This document shows positions 39,858-53,249 of a stretch of 64,000 nt of DNA, piece by piece (within the stretch, counting starts at the first letter, position 1; the number at the start of each line of letters is the position of its first letter). Where the stretch lies: positions 20,336,001-20,400,000 of the forward strand of contig JBHGNT010000003.1 in NCBI GenBank assembly GCA_043228905.1, given 5' to 3'. Made by a program: the position numbers and the translations under genes. This DNA is from Azolla caroliniana. Its lineage: Eukaryota; Plantae; Polypodiophyta. The notes beneath the pieces are model-generated. The model ran no database searches and was not told the DNA's origin. It saw only the letters and a list, made by a program, of their open reading frames with translations.

Positions 39858-42800
39858 CTCCAAAATATCTGGTAAGTGGCCCAAAATTTTCACAGCCCAT
39901 GTTTTTACATAGCCAAATTCAGAATGGTATTCTTTCCTTTTTCAAAACATATATAATATGAGAGACAGTTTTCTTTTGACCTTTGATGGTGCTTTTGGTA
40001 TTTTGTGGCTGTGGCATTTCTATTCCCCACATAATATGAGAGAATTCCACATTCTCACTTCTCTCACTCTCCCTATATCTGTTTTATATAGCCCCTTTTG
40101 CTGCACTCACCCTCCTTGCTGATTGTTTGCCATGAAACCAGTGGATGTTGGTCTTTTGCACAATTAGTCTTTCACCTCATAATGAATCTTTCTCTCCATG
40201 ATGTGGATAGCAATGGAGATTCATGAACCTGCTATACCTTGTCCTTATACTAACAATGTTTTTCACAATTATTCTTCTTCTTTTAAGATTCCCAATGTGT
40301 TATTCTACATAACTTCCAAGGTTTCTACCAGTTTTACTTCTTGTTTTGAGATTCCCATTGTGATATTCTACAGCCTTATGCCACACTTAGGCAACGTTTT
40401 ACTGGAAAAAAGCCTGTATGAATAGCACTAAAACTGCCAATACATTCCAGGAATTATTAAGGAAGAATATGTGGTGTACATTGCAAGATGAGTATATATG
40501 TATCACCTCAAAACTATCAATATATTCAGGAATCCCAGGATGTTGTAATGATTTGAGAACACGGGCTTCTCTCTCAAAAAGATCGAGGTCCTGAAATCAC
40601 ACAATAGATGTTTGTGTTTATATTGATCACCAGAAGTCAATATAAATGAAATGCACTAAATTCCAGATAAATTGCTGGAGTTCTAGAGCTTTCTGCAAAC
40701 CTGCAATAATTAAAGAGAGAGAGGATTTCTCCATGTTAATCATATAATCAGATATTTAATTTTTTTGAGATATTTTTTATATATGGTTTTTAACATTGTT
40801 GATTTTCTTACTCTCCACATGTATATTTGTATGAAGTAATATGTATTTTACATACAAAATCTACTTGCTTCAAGCCCTTTAAAGAAAACTCATCAAGAGA
40901 TCATTTACTTTTCTTTAGGAGTACATGGATTTTTATGTTATCCACATCCAGACACGTGTGATTCCTGAGATAATTGATCACATGATGATGCAATATCATA
41001 GAAAATACATTGAAACAGCACACTAACAGGTATTCTGCAGCTTCAACATCTCACATTAATGGGTTTCTCCTTGCCTAATCAATCATATGTCCCTTACTGG
41101 GAATGTTGGATAGACAACTAAGTCTTTAATTTGGCTCCTGAAAATATCTCAACCATGTCCATGATATGACAATACACGCAGAAGTAGCAAGACTAGCATG
41201 GGGATAGCATGGTCAATTTGTGGTCACTAAAATAGACAGCCATGCTTCACATTGCAAAGAGAGTTGGAACTTCCTTTGTTTCATTAATAGTATGTCATCT
41301 TGATCTTTTAAAAAAACGTGTGTCAACAAATATGCAGCCAAAAACATGATGTGTTTTGTAACATCATGGTTTGACATCAGTCTGTCGTCTCGCTGACTGA
41401 ACTGTCCTTAACAAGCTGCCCACAGATTCCAGCCATGATATTCTAATAATCTGCCATGACTTATGGATTTTGTCCATCTTATTCTATTTTTGTCCTGGGT
41501 AAATTAGCCCTTGCAAATAGTCATATCTCATGGTAAAATTTTATAATGACTGCTATGACGCTCCTAAAGTGGTTCATACAAAGTTTTGTAGGATTATGAC
41601 TACTATGACGCTCCTAAAGTAGTTTAGCTAAATGATTAAAGAATGTCCCTTCCGCCAAAGAAAACCAAACAAATTTAAATAAAACATGTTTTACACACAA
41701 TGTTTAGAGTTGGCAAAACTATTACTCAATAACTATGCTTAATTAATTACTTACCAACCTTCCAGCCTTTCATGCTCTGTAGTGACATAGCCTTCAATGC
41801 CACAACTTCTCCACCATTATTTATTGCTTTGTATGTTGTAGCAACACTACCTTGCCCAAGGATACCAATTATCTTGTAACTACCTGCAATAACATCTCCC
41901 TGGCTGTGGAAAACACCCAAAAGTGATTGTCGGTTACTGGGCAGCTTGGAACTTGTGCCTTCTTCCCTGTATGGAATCAAGCCAAGTAATAAAATTCAAT
42001 TAAACACAAAAAACAAATGACTTATTCAATTTATTCACTTCGTCTACAATGTTTTGTCCATTGGTAAGCAATGAATAAGTTTAGGAAGGCAAACAAAAAT
42101 TTAGAAATGAGTAAGAAGACAAATACAGTACATAAAGAAGATCATTGACTTGGCATCACACATTTTAAAACAAACTTTTTTCGCTCAATAATTATGTCAG
42201 TTGTTTAGACACAATTGAATTATTGGAATTAATTTTGAAAATTCCAAATCAATGTTGCATTAAAATATCTAAAAATTTCCCGAGGCTACAAGGCAAAGCC
42301 TGAAATAGTGCTCAAAATCAAGAAGTTTATCATGCCTATGATTTATTATCATCTGGCAGTGTTTGTTATTCTTTGATTCATGGCTGTCTGAAGAATAAGT
42401 AGTTTATTGTTTAGCTTTTTCTGCATAGCCCTTTACATTCTGTATTGATTTTGAAGTCATCAGACATTTTTGATCATCTACTTCAATAACATTCTGATCC
42501 TTATAGTACAAAAATCTAGTAAACCTTTCAAGTACCAGAATAAAAATCCTTACAACTTTCGCTATCCACCCTCTAACCAATGTAAAAAATCATAAAGTAA
42601 TCCAATCAATCTCTTAATACTAGAAACTAATGGAATCAAATTGCAATATCACTACTTTCTCGATGTTTCCAAAAGAACTGGATCCACAAATGACAAACAG
42701 GAAATAAAAGGCTGCCTTGGTACTCATGTTATACCTTATTTGAGATATCTCAATAAAGGAAACGGAAACTTACATTTTCTTATACCTAATGATGACAAGA

Positions 42801-45800
42801 GATCTTAATCTTTGTTGTCGTTTGCAACACTGTTCATAATTTTGTGGGTGCCTGTATTCATTAGTAGATCTTGTATACGTAAAATACTCCATCATTTGCT
42901 GGTGACGCGTGTTCCATATTTTGTTATAGCCTTCGAGTTTCATTGGTGTCTGCAACATGCTTCTTACAAAGCTACAAAGCTGCATAACACAAATACAAAT
43001 GCTTACAAATGTTCTTCTGTATACGTTAATAAGCCACAAGTAACATTCGCTAATCATCATCATTTTCAAACAATTTCAAATGCATTGCCTCTTAAACAGA
43101 TAACATGAATAAAATAGCCACATGATGGGAATTGGAATTATTTTGTGATACCTTAGGTGAGGCATGCTTCAAATGATATTTTGTGATACTTCAGGGATTC
43201 GAGTGAGGCATTTTGTGGTAAACACTAGGGGTCACATTTTGATAATATTTTTGTATGAAATGTGTTTAAAGAACACGCTTGCATCTCTGTCTATAGATTG
43301 ATTGCAAACCAAATCGAATAATCTAAAATAACTTTAAGAGCTAAAAAAACAATCAGAAGAATATATGTTCATGAAGATTGATTGGTACTCATCTACCCTA
43401 CTCTTAGACACTTCCTTCTCTCTGAAGGAATATTAAAAAAAAAAAACCTAGTTTGCAAAACCTATATTTGGCATGCAGGGCAAGAAAACACTGTATTTGG
43501 TCTTGCTTAGCCTAAATTTAAAATAAATAATAAATTAGCAACAATTGTGATTAGAGTCCATTACTGAAATAAAATATAAATCGATCAAAAGTACCTTTAG
43601 AAGGCTTTGCAAAACCTTGTTATGGGTTCTACAGCAATAATCAAAAGTTATTTACAGACACAGAACTAAGAGAAACCGAGATAGATCAATCATTGGGCCA
43701 TTGAAGAACTTTCCAAAATTATCACGTCTACCCCCTCGTTTATCTGTGGTTATAGGAAATTTACCCCCTCGTTTATCTGTGGTTATAGGAAATTTAGTAA
43801 TACCCCTAGGATTTTTCAAGGTTCTATGTCCAATTTATCCCATGGGCATGCCAATAGTGTTAGTGCCTTGTGGGCATAGTACGTAAAATTCGTGTTCGTC
43901 TAGTATAACATTCGTACGTTGGAAAACGAATGCGAATGTTATCCCAACATTCTTATGTTTTTTTTTTTGTTTTTTCCCCATTTTTTAATGTTTTTTTTTT
44001 CCATTTTTAGGCTTATCTACCTCATAATAAATAGTTAATCCAAAAGTATGGTATTTATCATTCTTTGAGGGTGTTTTTCTTTTGTGAATGGTACGTATGG
44101 TTCGTAAAGTTGTGGGTAGATTATGTCTTATCCACGATATCAATATAGTGATTTCGTAAATGTCTGTTGATCATAACACCATGACACATTCATGACTAAG
44201 TGTAGTGTTCGGGACACATATCATGTATGCTTCATATAATTATAATTTATACTAACGTTTTTTCCAATATTTGTGAGGTAAACTATGGATATTAGTTTCA
44301 TGCTTCTTGTGATTATATGATATATTAGCACCACAAGACCAAGGCTCGAAGAGGATGGACAAATTCAGGAAAGGTGTGAATGTAAGGGAGTAGAAGAGAA
44401 AGGTATGGATGTAAGTTTGTAGATGCACTTATGATATGAAGTGGCTAACAGTTTTTGGGTTTTACTTCACATCCAAGTTTCTCACTAGTAATGTAGAAAC
44501 TAAAAAGTGGAGGAAGATGGATTGATGACATATCGTTCAATGGTCCTAATACCGAAGACGAGGCAAATAAACTTCTCAGTGGCAAAGGTATGGTCACCAC
44601 CGCGTCATCATGGAGGACTAAACATAGAAACCCTATAAAAGGAGGGGCATTGGGATGGAAAGAAGAGGAAAGAACACATAGAGGATGAGGGCAACATAAC
44701 CTAATGCAGTAAGGAAGTCATATTGTGGACCAATAGCTTGGCCCAAGGGCAAATATCTTATTTGTAGACATTGCCAACAAAAAGCATATGATGTTTCTCT
44801 AATGATTTATGGTATTTAGACAACCACTCACTAGCATTTTATCTCATATCGTGGTTCAATCAACCTAATTATGTATATGTGTGTATGATTCATCATCATA
44901 AGCGACATTATTTTTGCCAGTAAATACTACCATATTTTATTAGATAATGATCTTTGCACTTTTTATAAATTTGACACGACATAACACTAACAATTGATCG
45001 TCATCTACTTTGGTATGAAAAGTGGAAAACTCTTTACTTGAACATTATCTTTCTCCATATGGAAACAAGCCTTCATCATCCATACACAAGCACTTCATAA
45101 AAAGTGGGCCGATAATAACAAACATGTGTGGTTGCAAATGAAAGGTCATGGATCAATGCACTGTTTAACTATTCATGTAAATTAGGGATGGTTATTGACC
45201 TCCAATGCAACTAGTTTTGGAACTTGTTAACTTAGTTTAGTTGATGTTGCAATTTCATCAATAGTCTATAATCAAGGACTTCTCAATGTTTCCATCTCCA
45301 ATTAGGCCTTGCCAAAAAAATATGGACAGGTTATGCCAAGTTATCGAGTACATAAGCATTTTGTGTTGTAATTTATGTCTTAGTTCCATCAAGAGCAACG
45401 TTGCAAGTGTGGTGTGTTGCAATTGTATGCCATGTATTGCAACTACATGCCAATCTTTTAACTACAATAGCAAAGAAAAATCCATTGTACACATGATTAT
45501 TAGTCACAGACAATGCAATGCACTTTACTTTCTACCTCTACAAAGTTCACTTTCCTAGATCTCCCACATCGCAAAGAAACAACAAAAAAAAGTACATATT
45601 CCAATAATCAAGAAATTGTAGATAGGGTGTGGTTGCTAGCATGCCCTACCGCAACACATCAAAGCCTCAACAACAATGAACAAAACATCATGCATCCAAC
45701 AACAATAGACACTCTCATATAACTTATGGTTAGGTAAGATACAAATATTTCCAATGAAGGAGATATCCAAAGATTTCGGACACACACATAAGACATGTGG

Positions 45801-46998
45801 AGGCTCCAAAATCTCCTTATCTCTTTGAGCAAAAATAGAGATTATCAACTTCATATAAGCCAGAGACAATGTGTTCCAAGTAACTTCCAACAATAGGAGA
45901 TAGATGTGTCAGATCAAGACAACGTATTCCACAAACAATAACAAACCGTTACATAGAACGAGACATTATCGTGTTGCACCTCAATTCTCTAAATGACCAA
46001 GGGTAGATACAATACCAATGTTTGACATACCACATCCCAAACAAGACATTAAATGCGCCGAGAAGGCGGGCATATTGCAAGAATGATCTCTTCGATAATA
46101 AAAAGTTAATAAGAAGAGAAGGAACATAAGGGTGAACGAATACGAAGCAAGCAACGCAAAGTAAAACATTTGATAGCTGGCGAGAAAGCGGGTTTCATGA
46201 AGATGACAATTGTAAGAGTTCAGGTTTCATTAAGGTTGTTTTCCTGTGGACACCACCACGATGGTCATGCGCATGTCTGAACCCTCACCCATTATGTAGT
46301 GAATTAGGAGGCAAAGGTGAGGTTTTGTGACCCTCCCTATTCATTATGTAGTGAATTAGGAGGCGAAGTGAGATTTTTTTCATGACCCTCTCTCCATTAT
46401 AAAGTGGATTAGCACACAAAGTGAGATTTTTTTGTGACCCTCTCCATTATCAAGTGCATTAGCACGCGAAGTGAGGTTTTGTGACTCTCTCCATTATCTA
46501 GTGAATTAGAACATGATGTGAGGTGTTGGGACCCTCTCCAAAAGTGTATGAAGTGAGGTTTTGTGTGTTCCCACCGGGTCGGTAAATTCGGGCGATCGAT
46601 CGATCGATTTATTTCTACGCCATAATTTGTTCAAAGTCCCAATTGTTGAAGAGATCCCGGCGGACTGCGTGGCACCGGACGAGACGTGCCGGCGAGGAAG
46701 TAGCTCCACTCTCTGTGTTGCTTGAACTAGTTGAAGCAGAAACCCTAACCCTAGAAGTGGCGTAGGACGATGATGATGTTGATTTTGTTGTCGTTGTTGT
46801 TGTAGGGAGAGGAATTGTGGTAGTAGCAGAGGGTAGCGATGGTGATGGCGATGGCGATGGCGATGGTGACGGCTTAGATGGTGTCTGAGAAGGTTTCTTT
46901 GTATTCTTCCAACAACAGGAGATGGATGTTCCGGATTGATTCGAGAAGCTTCTGTTCAGCATCGCCATCTGAGCTGAAGAAGGAGAGGAGCACGGCAT
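35680..46998 (-). CDS. Cyanobacterial Pkn2/Spk-like Ser/Thr protein kinase with C-terminal membrane segments and transit-peptide-like N-terminus
   Basis: 15 exons in frame: 46998-46619, 43628-43595, 42979-42786, 41966-41759, 40590-40507, 39381-39256, 39081-39019, 38562-38452, 38351-38232, 38043-37942, then ~37435-37316, ~37196-37107, ~36638-36535, ~36415-36262, ~35883-35680. Motifs LGQGSVATTYKA, VALK, LFEREA, HPGIPEYID, VHRDVKPENI, VDFGAVQ, VGTYGYMAPEQF, SDLYGLG. The first three exons are less certain. Confidence 0.9.
39823..39854. repeat. (GT)n microsatellite
   Basis: Perfect GT run. Confidence 0.95.
43729..43794 (+). repeat. Exact 33-bp tandem duplication
   Basis: TACCCCCTCGTTTATCTGTGGTTATAGGAAATT twice. 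Confidence 0.92.
44980..45900 (-). pseudogene. Highly decayed hAT (DUF659-like) transposase remnant in kinase intron 1
   Basis: Minus-strand fragments HPIYNFLI, KVHCIVCD and WHTIATHHTCNVALD occur in the order expected for hAT motifs RPLINFLV, NVVQIVTD and WxPCxxHxLxLxL. Confidence 0.45.
46280..46565 (+). repeat. ~50-bp minisatellite, about 5-6 copies
   Basis: Repeated GACCCTCTCCATTAT..AGTG(A/C/G)ATTAG...AAGTGAG(G/A)TTTT. Confidence 0.85.
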
Positions 46999-47070
46999 CT
47001 CACACGATACAAATCATAATATACACAGAGATCTTCCAGTTTCTATGGCGTGCTTACACAACACAGAAGC

Positions 47071-47105
<35 letters not shown>

Positions 47106-47446
47106 ACGTAAAAGATTGTGAGCTCTGCTGCTGCACAAACACAAGAGAGAAGCAGAGTGAGAAGAAAAATCCTTCAATCAAAAGACAATAATTCTTCATC
47201 GGTCTTATTTCAAATGAATGCTTCTTCTTCTTCTTCTTCTTCTCCTTTTGCAGGAATTGTTTTGGTGTTGTTGAGACGGAAGTTTTGGGCCAAGTGCCCT
47301 CATCATCATCATGTCAACTCATGTTTCTTTAGAAAACACATATATTTCCTTTGTCCATAGCGGAAATGTCCGGAAAGCCCGTTTGGACGGCGGACGATTG
47401 TAAGGTTTTAGGGTTACGGTTTAGACATATATACATACATATATAT

Positions 47447-47526
47447 ACTATGAAGCATTTGGAAGAAGCAGTGTATATATATATATATATATATGTATAT
47501 GTATATACTTCCAAATGCTTCATAGT
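47447..47526. repeat. Perfect 19-bp inverted repeat with TA-rich spacer
   Basis: ACTATGAAGCATTTGGAAG (47447-47465) and CTTCCAAATGCTTCATAGT (47508-47526). Confidence 0.92.
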
Positions 47527-50500
47527 TCCTCGTGTCTCACACTTTTCTATATCGAAACTTGGTAGAGAAGAACCCAATGTTTGATTGATCCTCACCATGG
47601 CCTATAGCCCCTCAATCGACAATAATAACAATAAAATGTCTACCTTTTCTTTCTATCGTACTAAAACTGTGATGGTCTCGTGGAATGGTATAAGACTAGC
47701 TTGACCGAAAGGCAACTCCTCCGACGACAATGTGCCCAAACAAAGCTTAATTGTGAAGCTCTTGGATCTATTTTCCTTTAAACCTATGCATACTTGATGG
47801 TACGCCATGGAGACCATCAAACACTAACCCATGGCTCATATTACAACTATACCATATAGCCCAATAAAGCAAACAAACATAACCTTACGTGACCGAGAGG
47901 GTAATGATATGGCTTGTGTGTTTGTCTTGGAAACGTAATATTACACAATACGCAAAACCTCAAGTGCGTTAAACTAGAACAAGTGATCGCTTCTATTTTG
48001 ACTCGACCAAAATGCTATATATAAAGAGAATATATCCAAATATATAGTATTTGCATGGCCCAATAAGCAAAACTATGCATGTGATTGTTAAATCTATACT
48101 TAGTATGCAAACAACAAAGTTCTACAGTGACTTCTTGTTGTTGTCATTACATCTTAGTATAACTCTGCTACAATTGTAGTGTTTTTTGTTTCACTAGATG
48201 ACGAAATGCATTGGAATTTTGCTGCAAGTGCCTGATTTTCATAGCCTTGCTAACACATATCCCAACCAACAATCGATGCAGCTTTTAGGTTTACCTAAGC
48301 AAATAAACTTTTCACGTGTCACTACACTATGCATGTTTATTAACAACTACCATTTTTTAATACATGAAGCATATAAGTGATAATTCAATAGCTTTAATAA
48401 GGTTACTCCCAATACATGGTTAGCCATAATATGTATATAAGCAATGTAACTACAATTCATCGAACAAGTCTAAAAGGCATATTAAGAGTATTCCAACATG
48501 TTGTTTAGTGATTGCACATGTCATGCATTTTGTGGAATTGAAGAGTAATGAACTTACCTTTCTCAACTCGAGGAAACTTGAATCCTTTCTAGGGCATGTG
48601 TAACACTTATATATCCAATCTCGATATCATTTGAAGTTTATCAAACAAGTCATGTTTCACCTCTAACACTCATGTATGTCCAAGATCCTTTTATGTCAGT
48701 GTTAAGCTTTATATTTTACCCCACCTACCATGATTTTGAACTTTTGAGAGAACATCGTGATGTATGATTATATGATGTTAATTTGGGTTTGATGTATGGT
48801 CACTTGTTTTTATTTTTGATGCTTTCAATAACAAGAATATGGCATTAAGAATCATAAACATATGCCACTATTAAACGTACCACCATAAATCTCAAGATAC
48901 ACTTGGCCTCATGGCTTTATTTGCTTTACCATGGTAAAATGATGTGTCAATGATATTATATGATGGCACATGTCTTTTTGATATTATGGTTTCAAAAAGT
49001 TCCCTTGCAATCTCAAGCCCCATTGTTGGTGAAGTATATATAGTCATTAGATCAAACAATTAGAAGTTTCAAAGAATGTTTATGCATGCATACATCTCTT
49101 CACGTACAACCACACTTAGTTATATTACAAATGACATGACTTCAATTTACATTTTTGTTTGCATGCACATTGATGTGTGTACATTCATCGCATATGTTAG
49201 GTTTACAATTAGTCTTCGACATTTCATCCTCTTGTGCTTCATCCTTTTATCACAACTATTGCACAAATCTCATTAGAGTATGGATTTAGCAATTTGTCGA
49301 TGTTGCTCCTCTTACCAAGGATTACATCTCGTTATTTTATGCTTTCTTGAAGATGGTGTCCTACTCAACCATAGTTTTGATGGATGATATCACACATCCA
49401 TTAGATCGTTAATTAGTTTATTGAGCATAATTGGATATGGCCTTCTATTTCATTTCACTAATCATCTTGAATTCTTAATTTCCATTTTTCTATCTACAAT
49501 GTTTTTTTAACTCAACATATTGTTTGCGTGCTTACCCTTAATTTTTGTTAACATTATTACATTGCAATACATTCCACTAAATGTGGTGGAAATGGGTTGC
49601 ATGATTCAAGAAGTGGTGTGATGTGTATTGGCATGTTCATGTCGATTCCTCGATGTTGATGAACAATCATTCTTGTTGCATTGATAGGGATTCAAATATA
49701 GAGAACTCTAGCCATAATCCTTCCTCCACTATACTCCACTTAATCAAGGCATGAGTCCCTCTCATATGCTCAATGCACATTGTGTGTTCATTTCAAAGAA
49801 ATGAGATGAATATAATTACTAGGCCAACTAATTAGAAATTGTGCGAGACGGTGACATATTGACAAACACATTTATTTCCTTGGATAACTAGAAACAAGAC
49901 CTCTCAAAGAGCTTGGCATTGTGTGACATTACAAAGCCCTTAATGTAGAATGAATAAAAGGTAGCCAAGTTGAAGCTCAAATAAGTGGTCATATGAATAT
50001 ATGTAGTTATGTTATAGGCATAACCTTACAGACCAATTATATAACTAATTTTAATGCATTAAGGGTAGGATGATTCGTAAACTGGTTGTCATAGGATTTG
50101 GGACAAACCCGTATGGACCTATGACATGTGAACACGTGATGGTTTGAGACATCTTGAGACACTATCAATACTTTATTGGTGAGGCTAAGGTCTCTTTTTT
50201 AGATCCATTATTCAATAACCAAGGTATACCATAAGATTATCTTTAGTGATATGGGACACCCATGGTGTTTTATGTTTGTCTCATGTCCATCGTTCAGGGT
50301 GGTCAATGTGGTTCCCTTAATCTCTTATTTTTGTCTCATTGTTAATTTGATCCGTTACATGGAATGTTTGGGGTGCTTCATATTAAGCTTCTCCTTTGTC
50401 CTAGTGGGAAGCCTTCATGTTTCCAACTTGACTTGTACTTTGTATAGGCTTGGCCCCTTGGGTCATGCATCCCTATGATGGGCTTTTGTTCATGTAGGCT

Positions 50501-50964
50501 TTGCATGCTTTTGACACTCCTCTTGGCAAAGCGTATTTTTCCTTTTTGCATAAAGGGCATACTATATAAAACTATGCAATGTTGAGGGTCTTGAGTTTTA
50601 GTGCTTCATAAACTTCATCTTATGTGTAGAGAAAATGCTTTCCAAAGTATATCATAAATTCGCTTGCTATTATAAAAGGGCTTTCCATGCCCTTTTTCAA
50701 TATATGCCTCCAGTTAATATACTCTTAGATTGCCACTCTCTTTTATACATTCATTTGGCTCCTTGCTATATTGTCAAACATATATATTGTAGCGGGGTTT
50801 CAAAATCCCTTTTTCGCAACATTGATAATTTGGTTCACATTCTAATTCTGCCTCATACACCTTGATAACAAGTTCAATTGGTGGCATTATGTGTGACGCA
50901 CATATGGAGGCAACATGTGCACATTAAGATTACATCATTTTCATAAACTTTGTCATATGAACGT

Positions 50965-51607
50965 TGTCGCGTTATTCCGTGCATGCGTGTAGAATAAGGC
51001 GGGACCACGGGGGTCTTGGACTAGGGAGTAGATGGGAAGACGGGCATGAGCAAAGTGGAAGAGATTAACACGGTAGAGAAAGAGACAAGATTTAAGAAGT
51101 TACGTATATTATGGCATGAAAGCCTCAATGCGATTACAACCACGGCCGCGTGGGCCGGACTCAAGACATAAGTAGAATGTAAACCCTAATAGGATAAGTA
51201 AAGAAAGAAATGAAGAAACCCTAAACCGAATAGATACTCTCGACCTAAGTGGTATACCTCATCTTACTCAAAATAGGCAACCCCTTTCAATGGTGCCCCT
51301 TCCTCTCCTTTTATAGCATAAGGAGAGGAAGCCGTTACAAAAGGGAGAGACTAAATATCCCCTTCATTCAATGGGGGATATTTTCTTGGATTCTTGGAGG
51401 AGGGATTGATGGGGCCCTAACTCCCACTCCTCACACATACTACTATGCCCCTTACTCACCTCATACTCCTATGTACCTCTCTCTCTCTCATGTGGATGTG
51501 CACACAAGTGCACATCACATTTATACTTTAGGAATCTTGTGGTGCATTTCTTACAATTTACATTTGTTCTTATTAATATTTTACAAAAAACATCATGTGT
51601 GTGTGCA
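50965..51607 (-). mobile_element. Putative solo LTR
   Basis: Starts TGTCGC with a GC shift relative to the flanks and has minus-strand CTATAAAAGG. Right end is either TTACA at 51555 or CA at 51607, the latter giving ACGT on both sides. Confidence 0.4.
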
Positions 51608-51929
51608 ACGTTGCACACCCCGGTTTTGCTCACTACGCTCGGTTTTCCCCCTATGGACAAAAATCTTCACAACAACGTATTATATAATCATTGTCATCGC
51701 ATGTAAAGAGAATAACTTTAAGGACGTCATCTCTTTTCCCATCCACTTTCATTGTGACAAATAGTGAGCATGTAGTAAACCAACTTCCCCTCTCATATAA
51801 AGTGTTGATTATATAGTTGATAATAGATAGAGTGGCATTTAAATAAGAACTCTCTTATCGTTGCACCATCTTGCTTAACATAGTTTTATGGTATTTGGTG
51901 CATAATTCTCTATTTCTTTTCTGTAAATG

Positions 51930-53150
51930 TCTGTTTGTTATTCAAACAAGACGATAATACAACCCTTGCTATCTCCATTGCTTCATTAGTGGTGATATGG
52001 CAAGGTAAACCCTCTCAAGTGTTGTAATACTAAAGAACATAAATCTACCTCATCTTGGGACAACGTCCCCATACAAGAGAGTTGCAAAAATTGCCAAATC
52101 GACTTCTTTTTCATATTAATACAGAGTTGTTGTGGTACCCCACAAAGTCCATAAAACAAGAACCATTTCTCATGGTTCAGTTAAACCATATCCCCCAATA
52201 CCTAAGGTAGTCAAACACGACATGATATGACGACATGGGTAGAGCTTTAGCACTATAAATAAAAACTCAAAAGGTGACAAAAAACTTCCTATTATTGGTG
52301 CCCAAATTTGTGATATAAACACCCAAATGACTTTAGCAACCCGGCATGTAAAGAACCTATGTCTGCCATCTCTTGTCAACCAATGTACAAAAAAAACATG
52401 TCCCATTCAAAATATGTCTTTGTTTTGAAGCCATCGCCAAATGCAACCCACCGATCATCGCATGCCAAAGAAACACCTTTGCACAAAATAGAATAGAAGA
52501 CTACCATCTTGCATCTAAAACTCAACTCTACCACTTTACACGTTGAGTAATGTGCCATGTATCCAAAACCTGATTTGCTAATCAAGCTATATCTTCAACT
52601 AACTCATCATATACCACAAATATTAATATTCTAGTACAATTTGACCAATCTTTCCATGGTTTCTGAACCATCAACTCTAGATTTAATGTGCACCACAAAT
52701 ATCAATTTTCCAGTACAAAATGACAAATATTTCCATGGTTCCTCGAGCACCAACTTGGGAGTAGGCAATGCCAATATGGATTGACAAATATATCCATATT
52801 TGTTGGTTATATGAAACTTATTTCGGATTGTCCAAAAGGTCATCATTTTCCTACGTGAATCTAAGATAGCATGTTTCCCTGTTACCAAGCCCAACCTTAT
52901 GATTCAATTGAAGTTTTGAACTGTGAGTTGAAACTTTCTTTTCCATCCCAATGTAATATCCTTGAGGCTACCAACACCTCTGCCAAAGAGTAATTATCTT
53001 TTCTCCACTCTTGGGGTTCCAATTAAACAATTTCAAACATCGCTCCCAAGAAAGTAGTAATTGTTTAACCAGAATAAATTCTAAACGCTTAAATGCACAA
53101 ATACTATTAACAACATGCCACCACGGTCCATGAGGCTATAATTCTCATTT
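51930..53150 (-). mobile_element. Degenerate LINE (L1-like) ORF2 C-terminal fragment
   Basis: Minus-strand peptide HRFFTCRVAKVIW matches the HLFFxCxxAKxIW pattern of the zf-RVT region; many stops and frameshifts; paralog at 650-1250. Confidence 0.65.
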
Positions 53151-53249
53151 TTCCCATGGCATGTACCAACCTTTTCCACAAAATGACAATTTATTTCTGC
53201 CCAAGGTTGAGTACGTATGCATTGCACATAACTCTAACTCTCTCTCTCT

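Noticed and set aside
35680-42000. Cyanobacterial contamination as the source of the kinase
   Set aside because: The coding sequence is split by many canonical spliceosomal introns and is embedded among plant genes.
7298-46998. Functional cluster of RNA-binding and plastid genes
   Set aside because: Unrelated families; adjacency is expected by chance in a compact plant genome.
47447-47470. Loose resemblance of the hairpin arm to miR395
   Set aside because: Several mismatches, and the sequence is on the 5' arm whereas mature miR395 comes from the 3' arm; not called as an ncRNA.
47700-50900. Intergenic stretch with short ORFs
   Set aside because: Probably old TE debris, but no assignable motif was found.
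51601-51618. 18-bp palindrome GTGTGCAACGTTGCACAC
   Set aside because: Isolated, at an uncertain element boundary; no function can be supported.
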